Of a DNA stretch of 64,000 bases, positions 13,242-25,800 are shown in pieces. Source of the stretch: Chiloscyllium plagiosum. Its lineage: Eukaryota. The position numbers and the translations under genes are program-made. Within the stretch, counting starts at the first letter, position 1. Every line of letters begins with the position of its first letter. The notes beneath the pieces were generated by a model. The model ran no database searches and was not told the DNA's origin. It was given only the letters and a program-made list of their open reading frames with translations. The DNA lies in contig NC_057728.1 of NCBI RefSeq assembly GCF_004010195.1, forward strand, positions 46,955,402-47,019,401. Reading direction: 5' to 3'.

Positions 13242-13865
13242 TGGGGGACTGGCGTTTGCAAGGATAAGAAGCTAGGGAAATAATGTGGAACAAAGGGTTC
13301 TGGACGTATAAAGGCCGGGGTCTGAAGAAGAGTCATACTGGACTCGAAATATTAACTCTGTTTCTGTCTCCATATATGCTGCCAGACTTACTGAGTTTCT
13401 CCAGCAATCTCTGCATTGGTTTGTGTTACAATGGGCATTGTTGCTGCTAAATCTTTATTCTAATCCTGTCAGTGCTCCAGAACACAATGGAAGAGAAAAC
13501 ATTCATTATTATTGTCCCAGCTCAAGGTTACCTACTCTAACTTCGGCAAGTACAGTTACCTTGGGAAATTAGGTAGTGGGTTAAAGAAAGTAGGACTGGA
13601 TGGATCACAAAACATGAATAAAGGAAAGGTCAGAGTGAAGTGTCAGCAACTTACTAATCAGACAGAGAGGTTATTGTGATAAGACTAGTGGGGAGTCCGA
13701 CTATAAACAAAATCTGATGACTGAATATCATCAACATCGACAAAAACTTGAGAAAGCATTTCAGAGCTGCCTATAATCATAGAGGAAGGCACTCCCCTTT
13801 TCTGTACAATAATGGTCACCTGTCTAATCTACTGCAGACCACATGTAGTGGTTAAAGACTCATTA

Positions 13866-14127
13866 GGGGTTCAATTCCCAACTCAGGCAACCGTCTGTGT
13901 GGAATTTGCATATTCTCCCCATGACTGCGTGGGTTTCCTCCGGGTGCTCCGGTATCCTCCTACAGTCCAAAAAATGTGCAAGTTAGGTGAATTGGCCATG
14001 CTAAATTACCCGTAGTGTTAGGTGAAGGGGTAAATGTAGGGAAATGGGTCTGGGTGGGTTGCTCTTTAGAGGGTCAGTGTGAACTTGTTGGGCCGAAGGG
14101 CCTGTTTCCACACTGTAAGTAATCTAA
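13866..14127 (+). mobile_element. HE1 SINE, 5'-truncated
   Basis: B box gggttcaattcc, V-domain, CR1-like tail. Confidence 0.9.
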
Positions 14128-14367
14128 AATAAAATCACAAATCCTTCAGATGGACGTTTGAAGCAGATGAAAGGAATAACAAAGTGAAATGTACCAAATG
14201 CCAATTGAACCTGATAAAAGCATTCTGGAACCTTGCATTTTCCTTGTAAATTTTAATAGCACAGTACAAGTGAATGTGAGGGGCGACGTTCATTAAGGAC
14301 ACTGCAGCAGAAGATCACAGAATGTCCCAAGTGATATTTACTGATAGTTTAAATCATTTATTCTCAC

Positions 14368-14815
14368 CTGCACACAATTACCCAGTTGACAAATTTGTTA
14401 AGTAATTTGAGGTAAAGCCTCTGTAAAATACCTCTTGAGCTAAGTGTCTATTTTTCATCCTTCCTCTCTGCAAAGTTCATTTGCTGGCTCTTTTAGTTTT
14501 ATTGTTATGGCTCTTTTAGTTTTATTGTTATTTTCTGTCAGAAAACTTGGCTGTAATTCCACAGAAGATAGCTACTGCTCATCCAGCCTTCATATGATAA
14601 CCTAGGGAACAGAGGTAAATTCAAACTGTCTGCATTCCTGGTGAGAGGTTGTGCTCATGTGCTACAGTTCCATAGTTCCATTTCTGATCCACACTGTCTG
14701 TGAAGATGGTTACTGGGAGAACTGAAGTGCCACTTGACCCCATAACACTCTTGAAACTGAGCTGTCGTTGAGCCAAATCTGACATTATTATTAAAGCCAC
14801 TGAGAGAGCCCCTTC
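14368..14815 (-). pseudogene. Exon-like block with a 23-bp tandem duplication
   Basis: gcag acceptor, cag|gtgag donor, ORF 14621-14833. Duplicated tggctcttttagttttattgtta at 14485-14530. Confidence 0.4.
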
Positions 14816-14949
14816 CTGCTTTTTAAGTAACAACTGGGTGGATGGGGAATCATGAATATTAATTATTTCTGATTATTCTGCAACAATGACAAATAATAGA
14901 GGGAATAACCACTTTTAATAATGCTACAGTAAAGTATGTAACCAACCGA

Positions 14950-15905
14950 AGTCAATGGGAATCAGGGAGGAAATTCTCCTCTGGTAGGAGTCATACCTGG
15001 CAGTCAGGAAGATGAATATGGTTATTGGAGATTCCTGATGAAGGGATTTTCATGCTCCTCGGATGCTGCCTGACCTGCTGTGCTTTTCCAGCACCGCTCT
15101 ACTCTAGTTATTGGAGGTCAGTCAACTCAGCTCCAGGAGTTCCTCAGGGTAGTATCCTAGGCCCAACCATCTCTGGCTGCTTCAATGACCTTCCCTCCAC
15201 CATATTTGGGGAAGTGGGGATGTTCGCTGATGTTTGCTCAATATTCTATACCATTCGCAACTTCTCAGGTACTGCAACAATCCATGTCAAATGCAATGGG
15301 ACCTGGAAATTACCCAGGCCCAGCTGAAAAGAGACAAGTGACATTCATGCCACATAATTTCCAGGTAATGAACAATTCCAACAAGGGTCAGTGTGGACCT
15401 GTTGGGCCAAAGGGCCTGTTTCCACACTGTAGGGAGTCTATGACTCTAACCATTCCCCCTTGACAATCAGTGGCATTACCATCACTGAATCCCCACAGTC
15501 AATATCATTGGGGTTACCATTGACCAGAACTGGACTCACCACATAAATATGAAAGTTGAGAGTAGGTCAAAAGCAGGTCAGAGGCAAAGAATACTGTAGT
15601 GAGTAGCTTAACTCCTGACTCACCAAAACCTATTCATCATCTACAAGATACAAGGCATACGTGTGATGGAATACTCCCCATCTACATTGATGAGTGCAGC
15701 TCCAACAATACATAAGACATTTGACACCATCCAGGATAAAGCAGCCCACTTGATTGGCACCACATCAACAAACATTCACTCCCTTCACAACCAACACTCA
15801 GCAGCTTTGGTGTGCACCACCTACAAGATGCTGTCCATAAATTTAACAAGGCTCCTTAATCAACACCTTCCAAATGTACTATCATTAACACCGATAAAGA
15901 CAAGA
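14950..15905 (+). mobile_element. Old CR1/L2-group LINE RT fragment with nested Penelope and HE1 pieces
   Basis: GVPQGSILGPT, GMFADVC, MEYSP..MSAAPT..DTIQDKAAHLIG. Confidence 0.8.
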
Positions 15906-16271
15906 GATCGTATCTGACTTAAAACATGAACTCTGTTTCTCTCGCCAAAGACGCTGCTAGATCTGTTGAGTTTCTTCAGCAATTCCTTTCATTGGATATC
16001 TTACTTATGCAAAAAATTAAGAGAAGCCGATGTAGTAAGTTCTGACAAATTATCATCTTTGAATCCCCACAATCAACATCATTGGGCTTACCGTTGACCA
16101 GAACTAGACTCACCACATAAATATGAAACTTGAGAGTAGGTCAGAGGCTAAGAATACTGTAGTGAGTGGCTTATCTCCTAACTCACCAAAGCCTATTCAT
16201 CACCTACATTATCACCTGTCGGTGATTGCAAAAGTAAAAATATAAGTTAACAGTATGCCACCAAGACATTT

Positions 16272-17140
16272 GAGAGTCATAGAGTCATATAGATGTGCAG
16301 CACAGAAACAGACCCTTCAGTCCATGCCGACCAGATATCCTAATCTAATCCAGTCCCATTTGCCAGCACTTGACCCTTATGCCTCTAAATCGTTCCTATT
16401 CATACACCCATACAGATGCCTTTTAAATGTGATTTGGAGATGCCGGTGTTGGATTGGGGTGTACACAGTTAAAAATCACACAACACCAAGTTATAGTCCA
16501 ACAGGTTTAATTGGAAGCACACTAGCTTTCGGAGTGACGCTCCTTCATCAGGTAATTGTGGAGGGCTCGATCGTAACACAGAATTTATAGCAAAAATTTG
16601 CAGTGTGATGTAACTGAAATTATACACTGAAAAATTGATTGTCTGTTAAGCCTTTCATCTGTTAGAATACAGTGATAGTTTCACTTCTTTCATGTGTAAA
16701 TCACAAAACCGTTTTTTTTAAAGTTGCATTCTCGGGTTAGCTGTGAAAGCTAGTGTGCTTCCAATTAAACCTGTTGGACTATAACCTGGTGTTGTGTGAT
16801 TTTTAACCTTTTACATGTTGTAATTGTACCAGCCTCCACCACTTCCTCTGGCAGTTCATTCTATACACCCACCACATTCAGCGTGAAAACGTTGTCCATT
16901 GGGTCCCTTTTAAATCTTTCCCCTCTCATCCTAAACCTAAGCTCTCTAGTTCTGGACTCCCACACCCCAGAGAAAAGACCTTGTTTATTTCCCCTATCCA
17001 TGCTCCTCATGATATTATAAACCGCTATAAGGTCACCCCTCAGCCTCCAACGCTCCAGGGAAAACAGACCCAGCCTATTCAGTCTCTTCTTATAGCTCAA
17101 ATCTCCCAACCCTGGCAACATCCTTGTAATTCTTTTCTGA
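16272..17140 (-). mobile_element. CR1 LINE 3' end with nested Penelope element
   Basis: ORF 16861-17199 RMLPGL..RLGLFSLE..RGDLIAVY. gagtcata tail repeats. Confidence 0.9.
16431..16806 (-). mobile_element. Penelope-like element (second family) with inverted ends and hammerhead motif
   Basis: Near-identical TSD ccttttaaatgt/ccttttacatgt. Minus acctgatgaaggagcgtcactccgaaagctagt at 16521-16553. Confidence 0.8.
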
Positions 17141-17220
17141 ATGCACAAAGCATTTACTGAAAAAATAATGGGTATCCACAACACTGGAGAAAATATCAAT
17201 TTTACAAAGGATTAGTAGTT

Positions 17221-17330
17221 TAAAATCACACAACACCAGGTTTCTTTGGAAGCACTAGCTTTTGTAGACAGCCACTTGATGAAGGAGCAGCTCTCCAAAA
17301 GCTGTTTGTACACCCCAGTCCAACACCAGC
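17221..17330. mobile_element. Short Penelope-like fragment (second family)
   Basis: aaatcacacaacaccagg...gtacaccccagtccaacacc flanked by agtagtt direct repeats. Confidence 0.7.
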
Positions 17331-17337
17331 AGTAGTT

Positions 17338-17719
17338 GCATCTACTGCACTGTGTCCAAACAGAATTTCCTTCTTTCTCAAATGTCCTACCATTTTGGAC
17401 ACCCACTGACCATATTTCAAGGAACCTTTTGAGAGTGGATGAATTTTCTGCAACTGGAAAACTTTCTGCTGAATAAATATGCAGGGTGGTTTGGGATGCC
17501 TGGACAATGTGCCAATTTTCCATGTTGCTCTCACGGTTCATTACTTCCCAATTTCGATGAAGCAGTTCATGTGAGGTTAGTAAGAATTCTGATGGCTGCT
17601 AACTCTGTCTGTGCTTTTTCTTGCAGAACACCTCTTTTACCTCTTTTTCTGGTATTCTGCACACAGAGTCTTGGGGGATAGAGGTTAAGCTGTGGCTCCC
17701 GATTTCAATTGAAAGGTTC
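17338..17719 (-). pseudogene. Exon-like block, about 127 codons with one internal stop; probably C-terminal extension of the same pseudogene
   Basis: tttgttgtaag acceptor. NLSIEIGSHS...KHRQS*QPSEF...MNRESNMENW...QCSRCNY. Ends at a Penelope insertion. Confidence 0.45.
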
Positions 17720-17779
17720 CTTACAACAAATTAAATAATGTTCAATAAGTCACATGATTCAGTTGTTGTGAAACCCTGG

Positions 17780-19160
17780 GTGGGATCTCCCCAGGCCCTG
17801 AATGATGTGGACAATGACAGGAATTGTGTTGTTCATTTCTCAGTTTGGAAACTGTCAAGTTGCAATTTCAAAACATATCCCTTATGTCGTGGTGGGATAC
17901 TTGCTGGTGAGCAGTGAGAGGCCTATAAATGGGAACTTGTTATCAGTCCCTAATTGATAGGGGCTGATAGGGGATTAATACTCATTGATAGGGGGTGAGG
18001 AGACTAATGATGGGCACCCATCGACCCATCTCTCTGCCCTAACGGTGGCAAATCGGAAAGTCCAGTGGAGGAAGGGGCAGGGTCCTGGCCAAGTGCAATC
18101 CCATGGTGATTAGTGAATTAGGTTTGCATTAGAAGGATGGCAAGTCATCCAGCAAAGGTATGCAGGAGGTAATCAGCCCCATATCATGGGCTTGAAGATC
18201 CCAGCGACATATTGAAAGGACACTGGTGAAGGTGTTCATTTCCTGCAATCATCACTCCAGATTTTGTACTGGAGACAGATATTCCTGTTCGTACCCTCTT
18301 CCCCCCCTTATCCCACAACTGCCCACTGTCTTGCCAGTCAGAATGTCTCAGATAGTTCACTACAGGTTCTCCTCTGTGCTATCTGACAAAACCAGAAGGT
18401 TCATTCCCTAGAAAGGAGCATAATATCTGGACAGGACTAACAGCACAGATTTGTGCCAGTGGAACCCATGGCAGAGAGTGGGTCCAGTGTAGGAACAGGA
18501 TGAATGATCACCGGCATTCCACGAGACGGAGTGGCAACATCGAATCACTGTAAAGTGGCACTCTTAACTGTATCAGGCAGTGTAGGAGTGTGAATGCAGA
18601 GGGATTTCAGATAAGGAGATTTCTGATTGCATTCAGGCCTCAGCAGTAGAGAAAATATCTGAATTGAATGTATGGGAGTGGGGCAGGGGCACTTGTTACT
18701 GTGAATATTCTATCAATTGCAGAACATTATGATTGTTAAATGGGGGGAGCTCTAGAGCTGGGATAGGTTACATGCTCATAAATGGCACATGCACCTCACC
18801 AGAGGGCACCAAATCCTCTGTCTGTCCACAGCAGAAAACCACTCCCAAAAGGAGGGAGCACAGCATGTCTTATGAACAGACACATGAGATAAGATTCCTC
18901 ACTCCCTTTGAGTAGGCGGCTGTCGAACGTGCCAAGAAGGATCAGGACAGATATGCCAGGGGCTGACAGCGATCCATTGCAACAACAGACACAAGTAGCC
19001 CCATAAACATGGATGAGAAAAGTGATCGCACATAACTATCAACTATTCCTTTCTGGACCTTGCAGCAAATCCAAAACTGAAAAGAGGATGCTGTCTACTT
19101 CTAGATCTACCTCACACTCCAGCTCAAGCCTCATCACCACCTCTGAGGATGAGACACAGA
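17780..19160 (+). mobile_element. PIF/Harbinger element remnant with spliced Myb/SANT (MSANTD-like) gene
   Basis: REWVQCRNRMND at about 18475-18510. After an intron (acceptor at 18831): QKTTPKRREHS...IRFLTPFE*AAVERA. Confidence 0.7.
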
Positions 19161-19164
19161 ATAC

Positions 19165-19795
19165 ACACATCACCCTCTTTGTGAGAAAGTTGCCCCTTAG
19201 GTCCCTTTTATATCTTCCCCTTCTCACCTTAAACCTATGCCCTCTAGTTCTGGACTCCCCAACTTTGGGGAAAAGACCTATTCACCCTCCCTATGCCCCT
19301 CATCATTTTATAAACCTCTATAAAGTTACCCCTCAGCCTCCGACACTCCAGGGAAAACAGCCCCAGCCTCTTCAGCCTCTCCCAATGGCTCAAATCCTCC
19401 AAACCTGGCAATGATTCTTGTAAATCTTTTCTGAACCTTTCAAGGTTCACAACATCTTTCCCATAGCAGTGAGGCCAGAAATATATGCAGTATTCCAGAA
19501 GTGTTCTAACCAATGTCCTGTATACAGTCACCACATGACCTCCGAACTCCTATACTCAATACACTGGCCAATAGAGGCATGCATACCAAATGCCTTCTTC
19601 ACTATCCTATTTACCTGTGATTCCACATTCATGGAACTATGAATCTGTACTCCAAGTTCTCTTTGTTCAGCAACACTCCCCTTACCATTATGTGTATAAG
19701 TCCTGCCCTGATTTGCCTTTTTAAAATGCAGCACCTCACGTTTATCTTAATTAAACTCCAACTGCCATTCCTCAGCCCATTCGCCCATTTGATCA
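19165..19795 (-). mobile_element. CR1 LINE fragment
   Basis: ORFs 19528-19734 and 19244-19534 with VKKAFGM, LEYC, RLGLFSLE. Confidence 0.92.
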
Positions 19796-20034
19796 TTGTT
19801 ATAAATATTAATTTTATGGTGCATGTATTCCAGTTAGGTTATAACTTTTAATTTTAGGAATTCAAGTTTAATAATAGAAAATCAAATAAATGTAGTTGAA
19901 GCACATAAATGTCTTCTACACTTAAAAAGGCTTTAAGTGGTTAACAGCTAGAAAGATAGGATCAAAAACAATAGCTGCTTCAGGCAAAGAGGGTCTGGAA
20001 GAAATTCCAGGAAGTGGTGACTTCATCCAAACAT

Positions 20035-20352
20035 TTAGGATCTTAAGGGGTCTTGACAGGTTAGATATTTAAAAGGGTATATCCCCTACAAGAGAATGAA
20101 GAACTGGAGGTCACTGTTTAAAACTCAGGGGTTGTGAATCTTTGGAACTCAATTCTTAAAAAGGTTTTGGAAGCAGCATCCTTGACTATTTTTCAGGAAG
20201 TGGGGTAGAGATTCTTGTTAGCAATGGGACTGAAAGCCTATCAGGGAAAGGTACAGTTGGCATTACAATCAGACCAGCCATGATTTTATTGAATGGTGGA
20301 ACAGGCTAAAGGAGCTGAATGGCCTACACCTGCTCCTTATTTGTATGTTCAT
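20035..20352 (+). mobile_element. CR1 3' end, degenerate
   Basis: KGLDRLD.. and tail gctgaatggcctac..tgctcct..tatgttc. Confidence 0.65.
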
Positions 20353-21469
20353 ACCAAGGAAAATTACTGGGAATAAAATGTGGTCCTGGGAGTCATTGAT
20401 AATGCAATGCAAAAAGACTGGAGTGAAGGAAGCCCACAGGCAGTTCTTGCTTGATGCAGTTGGGTAAGGCTAGTGCTTGAAGAGATTCAGTGGCAGCTTG
20501 GTGAAGCCAGCTTTTGATTAAAGATGAAATTATACCATCTGTTCAGAGAAATCTCGGGAGAACGAGTGAACTTATTCTTGGGGAAGAAATTGAACCACCG
20601 AGATGTGAGCATGTTATTGAGGCAGTCCAAGTCAGACTACCTTGAGACTGTTGCCAAGGCTAGATATTTTAAAGTGAAAAGATGGAATCCCTTGCAAAGG
20701 AGGCAGAGCTTTAATGAGAGTGGTTGACCCATAATGTAACAAACTCTGTCTTGACTACATCAGTCATTTAAAGTGCAGTCTGTGAAGTATTCAACCTCAG
20801 ATTCTATGTTAATTCATATTTACCTCATGCTGATGCTGAATGTTCGTGTATAAGTTGTAGTTACAGTGTATATGACTGAGGATCATCATCTTACCTGTCC
20901 CGTAAAGCTATGTAGGCATTATTGCTTATGTTTGTCTTACTGAAGCTTGAATAATAAAGATTATTTTCTTTGACATTTTAATTCAGCCCTATAATCCAGC
21001 CACTTATTTTCCTACCCTAATTCTTCTACACCATATATTCTTTAAAAGAAAATGGCCTATCAAGCCAAATCATAATAAAGATCCAGCTTGTCCTGTATTT
21101 TCATAATTGGGATCAAAAAGAAATGCTCAGCCTGAGAAGTCCAAGGAACAGAGGCCAATTTTAGCAGTTCCAGAGCTTGCTGAAGCATCTCTTCCATGGG
21201 CTGCATTGAAACTCTTCTGGGCAGCACTTTACTCTGAGGATTTGCCCTCAGATCCAAGGTTCTCCTGCTACTGGAAACATCTTCTCCACATCCATTGTAT
21301 CCAGGTCTCTCAGAGTAACGGCACAAACCTTTAGAACTGCAATGAAGAGAAATTTCTTCAGCCAAAGGGTGGTAAATCTGTGGAACTCATTGCTGCAGGA
21401 GGCTTTGGAATCCAAATCATTGAGGATATTTAAGGCAGCACTCCAGGTTCTTACCCAGGTCATCTGTAG

Positions 21470-22792
21470 TTACAGCCTATCACCAACCAGTCACCCCTGC
21501 AGGTGATGAAGTGAAGCAATCACTTGGGGCAAGTTGTGAGTGGATAAGGATGTAGGTGTTGTAAGCATGTATACCCTGAAAGAATTTCTTGCTATAATCA
21601 CAAACCAGCTGCACAGTCAGAGAGTTAGATCCCTGTCTGTTCCTGAAAGCTGCTGGCTGATCCCACAGAGGTCCCAGCACCACAGGTGTGCAGTCATCAT
21701 TTTTATTTTAGACAATAAATCCCATTCCAATGTTTTTTCAATGAACTTGTTAATTAAAGTTATTTCCTCCAGTTTTCTTAACGTTTCACTTCTGAGTATG
21801 TTACAACTTCCTAAAATGTAGTTCCTTGGGCATTGGTTCATCTCTACCAGCTGACCATGTCTGATGTGTTTAAATAGGCTGTAAGTATTAATAGGACATT
21901 CAGTTTTGAGAAGGAAGTGGAGGGAGGAGATCAGCCCAACCTTGTACCATGCAATGTGCACTTACTTTCTAACTGAGACCTCATTGAATAGTCATTAAGA
22001 GTGGAATGTATGTCCACAGATCTAGTCTGTCACTTTTTGTCAGTCTACATTCATTTAAATGTGGGCTTAGAAAATGTACGATGGAACATCTTGACGGAAG
22101 GTGCACACAGATTGCTCGTATATTATCCATCTTTCAAAGATGCATATATGTTACATAAGGGTAATGTAGTGATCGCTGAAGAGAATGGCTCTTCTTGTGT
22201 GAGGTTTTTCATTACCTTGTCATCATTTTCTGTGGTAATGGAAGGAATAGGACAGAATGTCTTACTGACTATATGGGCTATTTGTTCTTGTGGTTGCTCA
22301 CAGAGCTTGCTGCCACAGTTGTTGTGGTAAATATATTTTGTGACAGTTGTATTATGTAAGAGTTGTGTGTTGAATAAAATGTTTTCCAGTCACAGTTTCA
22401 TCATGTTTCTCTTACGTGCTGCTCCTCCAGTTCTCAACAGATATAGGAATATTTTATGTGCAATTTATTCCAACGTTGTACCAGATTTTTGGCTAAGCCT
22501 TGATTGGGGGAAGAAGGATTTTCATCATTGGTACAAAGTCAGAAATTACCTCCTTGATGTTATGGGTTAGTTGGCACGAAGAATGATCCGTCTTGGCCTA
22601 TCATTCTTATAGTCACTTGCGAGAAAAATTCTCTCAGATAGTCAGACAAAACAGCAAATTGGGAGTTGGAATTTCTTTTCTGTTCTGAAGTCTGTAAGGA
22701 AGGAACCTTGGTGAAGGGTGAAACAGGCTGCCAATTCACACTCTTCTGTTTAAAAAGAGACATGTTCTCAAAGCTTTTTGTCTTGCACTTAA
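21470..22792 (-). pseudogene. TASOR-like large pseudo-exon: end of PIN-like region plus C-terminal tail
   Basis: SVNWQP resembles EGKWQW, FAVLSDY resembles LTLLNVY, NLVQRWNKLHIKYSYI resembles CLIRLQAQNIQQRHI, TVTGKHFIQH resembles VATAEDFMQN. Long near-open frames follow. 3' end approximate. Confidence 0.6.
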
Positions 22793-22814
22793 CTTGCAAG
22801 AAATCCCAAACTAA

Positions 22815-25800
22815 AGGGATAGCAAGATGGCTGCAACCTTCAGAGCAGTGGCACCACAGCTGGCCCTGCAGTACAGAGGGGAGGGACAAAGCACAGGAGA
22901 GCAATAGTAATTGAAGATTTGATAGTTAGGGCACAGGTAGGCATTTCTGAGGCCGTGAGACTCCAGGATGGTATGGTGCTTCCTAATGCCAGGGTCATGC
23001 ATATCTCTGAGTGGGATACAGAACATCCTGAAACTGGAGGGTAAACAGACAGAAGTTATTGTCCACAAAGGTAGAAAGAGTGACAAGGTGCTTCATCGAC
23101 AATTCAGGGAGTTAGGTAGTAAACTAAAAAGCAGGATGTCTACGATGGTGATCTCAGCATTACTCCCTCTGCCATGTGCTACCAAGACTAGGAACAGAGA
23201 CAACTGAATACATGCTAAAGAGCTGGTGTGGGGAGAGGGCTTCAGAAAGTAGATCATTGAGATGTCTTCCAGGGAGGGTGGGACCTGTACAAGAAGGATG
23301 GGTTGCACCTGAACTGGAGGGACACCAATATCCTGGCAAGGAGGTTTAATAGTGCCACTAAGGAGGGTTTATTCTAGTTTGGTGGATGGTGGGAACTGGA
23401 GCAGCTGGTTATTAAGTATAGAATATACTGCTTGAGTTCGAGGCAAATATAGCGAAGAGAAAGAGCAGGAGAAAGTGAGGACTGCAGATGCTGGAGATCA
23501 GAGCTGAAAATGTGTTGCTGGAAAAGCGCAGCAGGTCAGGCAACATCCAAGGAGCAGGAGAATCGACGTTTCGGGCATGAGTTCTTGAAGGGATCATGCC
23601 CGAAACGTTGATTCTCCTGCTCCTTGGATGCTGCCTGACCTGCTGCGCTTTTCCAGCAACACATTTTCAGAAGAGAAAGAGCAGTCAGGGAGAGGTTGTT
23701 GAGCTTAGTGGAACTGGCGACTTGGATGTATTTGCTACAATGCAAGATGTAAAACAGGTAAGACGGATTAACTTAGAGCCTGGATTGATGCGTGATGTTG
23801 TTGCTATCACAGAAACATGGGCAGAGGAGGAAGCAAAAGAGGTGGGGGAGATGCATCACCGGTTAGGGAGCATATCACAGCTGGATTAAGAGAGTAGACC
23901 TTGCAGGGATGTTGCAGCGAGGCATAATGGGTAGAGCTCAGGAACAGGAAGGGTGCAATCACAGTGATGAAATTGTATTCCAGACCTCCCAGCTGCCAGC
24001 AGGAGATAGAGGAAGAGATATGTAGTCAGAGTCTGGAAAGATGTAAAAGTAATGGATGTTTTGGTGGGTTATTTTAACTTCCCCAATATTGACGGGGGCT
24101 CCCTTAGTGCCGAGAGTTTGAATGGGGGCAATTTGTTAGGTGTGTGCAGAAGGACTTTTTGAAATATGTGGATAGTCCAATGCGGGACAGAGCCATACTG
24201 GACCTGGTATTGGGAAATGAGCCCACCCAAGAGATCAAAGCCTCAGTGGGAGAGCATTTTGAGAATAGTGACCATAATCCCGTACGTTTTCAGATACGTA
24301 TGAATAAGGACAAGAGCAGACCTCAGGTAAAGGTGTTAAATTGGGGGAAGACCAATTATAACCAAACAGGCAAGGATTGGAGAATGTGGATTGGGAGGAG
24401 CTGTTTGAGGGTAAATCCACTGCTGACATGTGGGAATCCTTTAAGGACTGGTTGACTAGAACACAGGACAGGCCTGTTCCTGTGAAAATGAAGAACAGGA
24501 ATGGTATGATTTGGAAATTTTGGATGATGGGGAAATTATTAGCTTGTCAAAAAAATGGAAGCATATCTAAAGTCTAGGCAACTAAAATAGACAAAGTTCT
24601 TGGAGAATATAGAGAAATTTGTAAGGAGTTCAAACACTGAGTTAGGAAGGCTAAAAGGTGCTATGAAATGCCCATGGCCAGCAGGATTAAGGAGAATCCA
24701 AAAGCATTTTAAACATATATTAGGAGTGAGAGGGAAGGTAGGGAAAGAGTAGACCTACTCAAAGACAAAGAAGGGAGGTTATGTGTGGAGTCAAAGGAAA
24801 TGAGCAAAATTCTTAATGATACTTTTTATTCACTAAAGAGAGGGATGTGAGGGATTTTAAGGTTAGGGAAAGTTTGTGAACACTCTTGGGTCATCATAAT
24901 GAAGGAGAAAATGATGGGTGTCTTGAAATACATTAAGGTGGACAAATCCCCAGGGTTAAATGGGGATCTATCCGAGGATACTGTGGGAGGCAAGGGAGGA
25001 AACAGTTATGGCCTTAACAGATGTCTTTGCATCCTCTGTGGCCTCAGATGAGGTTCCAAAGGACCCAAGATGTTCTTTTGCTTAAGAAGGGAAACAGAAA
25101 TTATCCAGGAAACTACAGGTGAGGGAGCCTGATATCAGTGGTGGGGAAGCTGTTGGAGAAGATACTGAAAAATAGGATTTATTCACATATGGAAGCAAGG
25201 AGACTTGTTAGTGATAGGCAGCATGGTTCTATGTGGAGAAGGTCATGTCTCACCAACTTGATTGAGCTTTTTGAGGAGGTGATAAGAATGACTGATGAGG
25301 AAAGGGCAGTGGATGATGTCTACATAGACTTTAGTAAGGCACTTGATAAGGTACCTCATAGCAGGCTGGTACAGAAGGTAGAGTCTCATGGGATCCGGGT
25401 GAGCTGGCTAGACGGGTACAAAACTGGCTTGGTCATAGAAAACAGAGAGTAGTGGTACAAGTGTGTTTTTTGGAATGGAGATTGGTTATTGGTGGTGTTC
25501 CACAGGGATCAACTTTGTATTTTGTAATATATATATAAATGATCTGGATGAAAATGTAGGTGGTCTGATTAGTAATTTCGGGGATGATGTCAAAATTAGC
25601 CGAGTTGCAGGTAGTGAGGAGGATTGTCAAAGAATACAGTGGCATATACATAGATTGCAGATTTGAGCAGAGAAATGGCAGATGGGGTTTAATCCAGACA
25701 AATGCACAAGATGCATTTTGGAAAATCAAATTCAGGTGCAGGTGATACAATAAATGGCAGAAACCTTAGGAGCATTGAAATACAGAGGGTTCTGGGTGTA

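Noticed and set aside
20360..20975. Possible LTR or small extra exon (donor-like ggacag|gtaag on minus near 20895)
   Set aside because: No clear termini, TSD or peptide match, so neither call can be supported.
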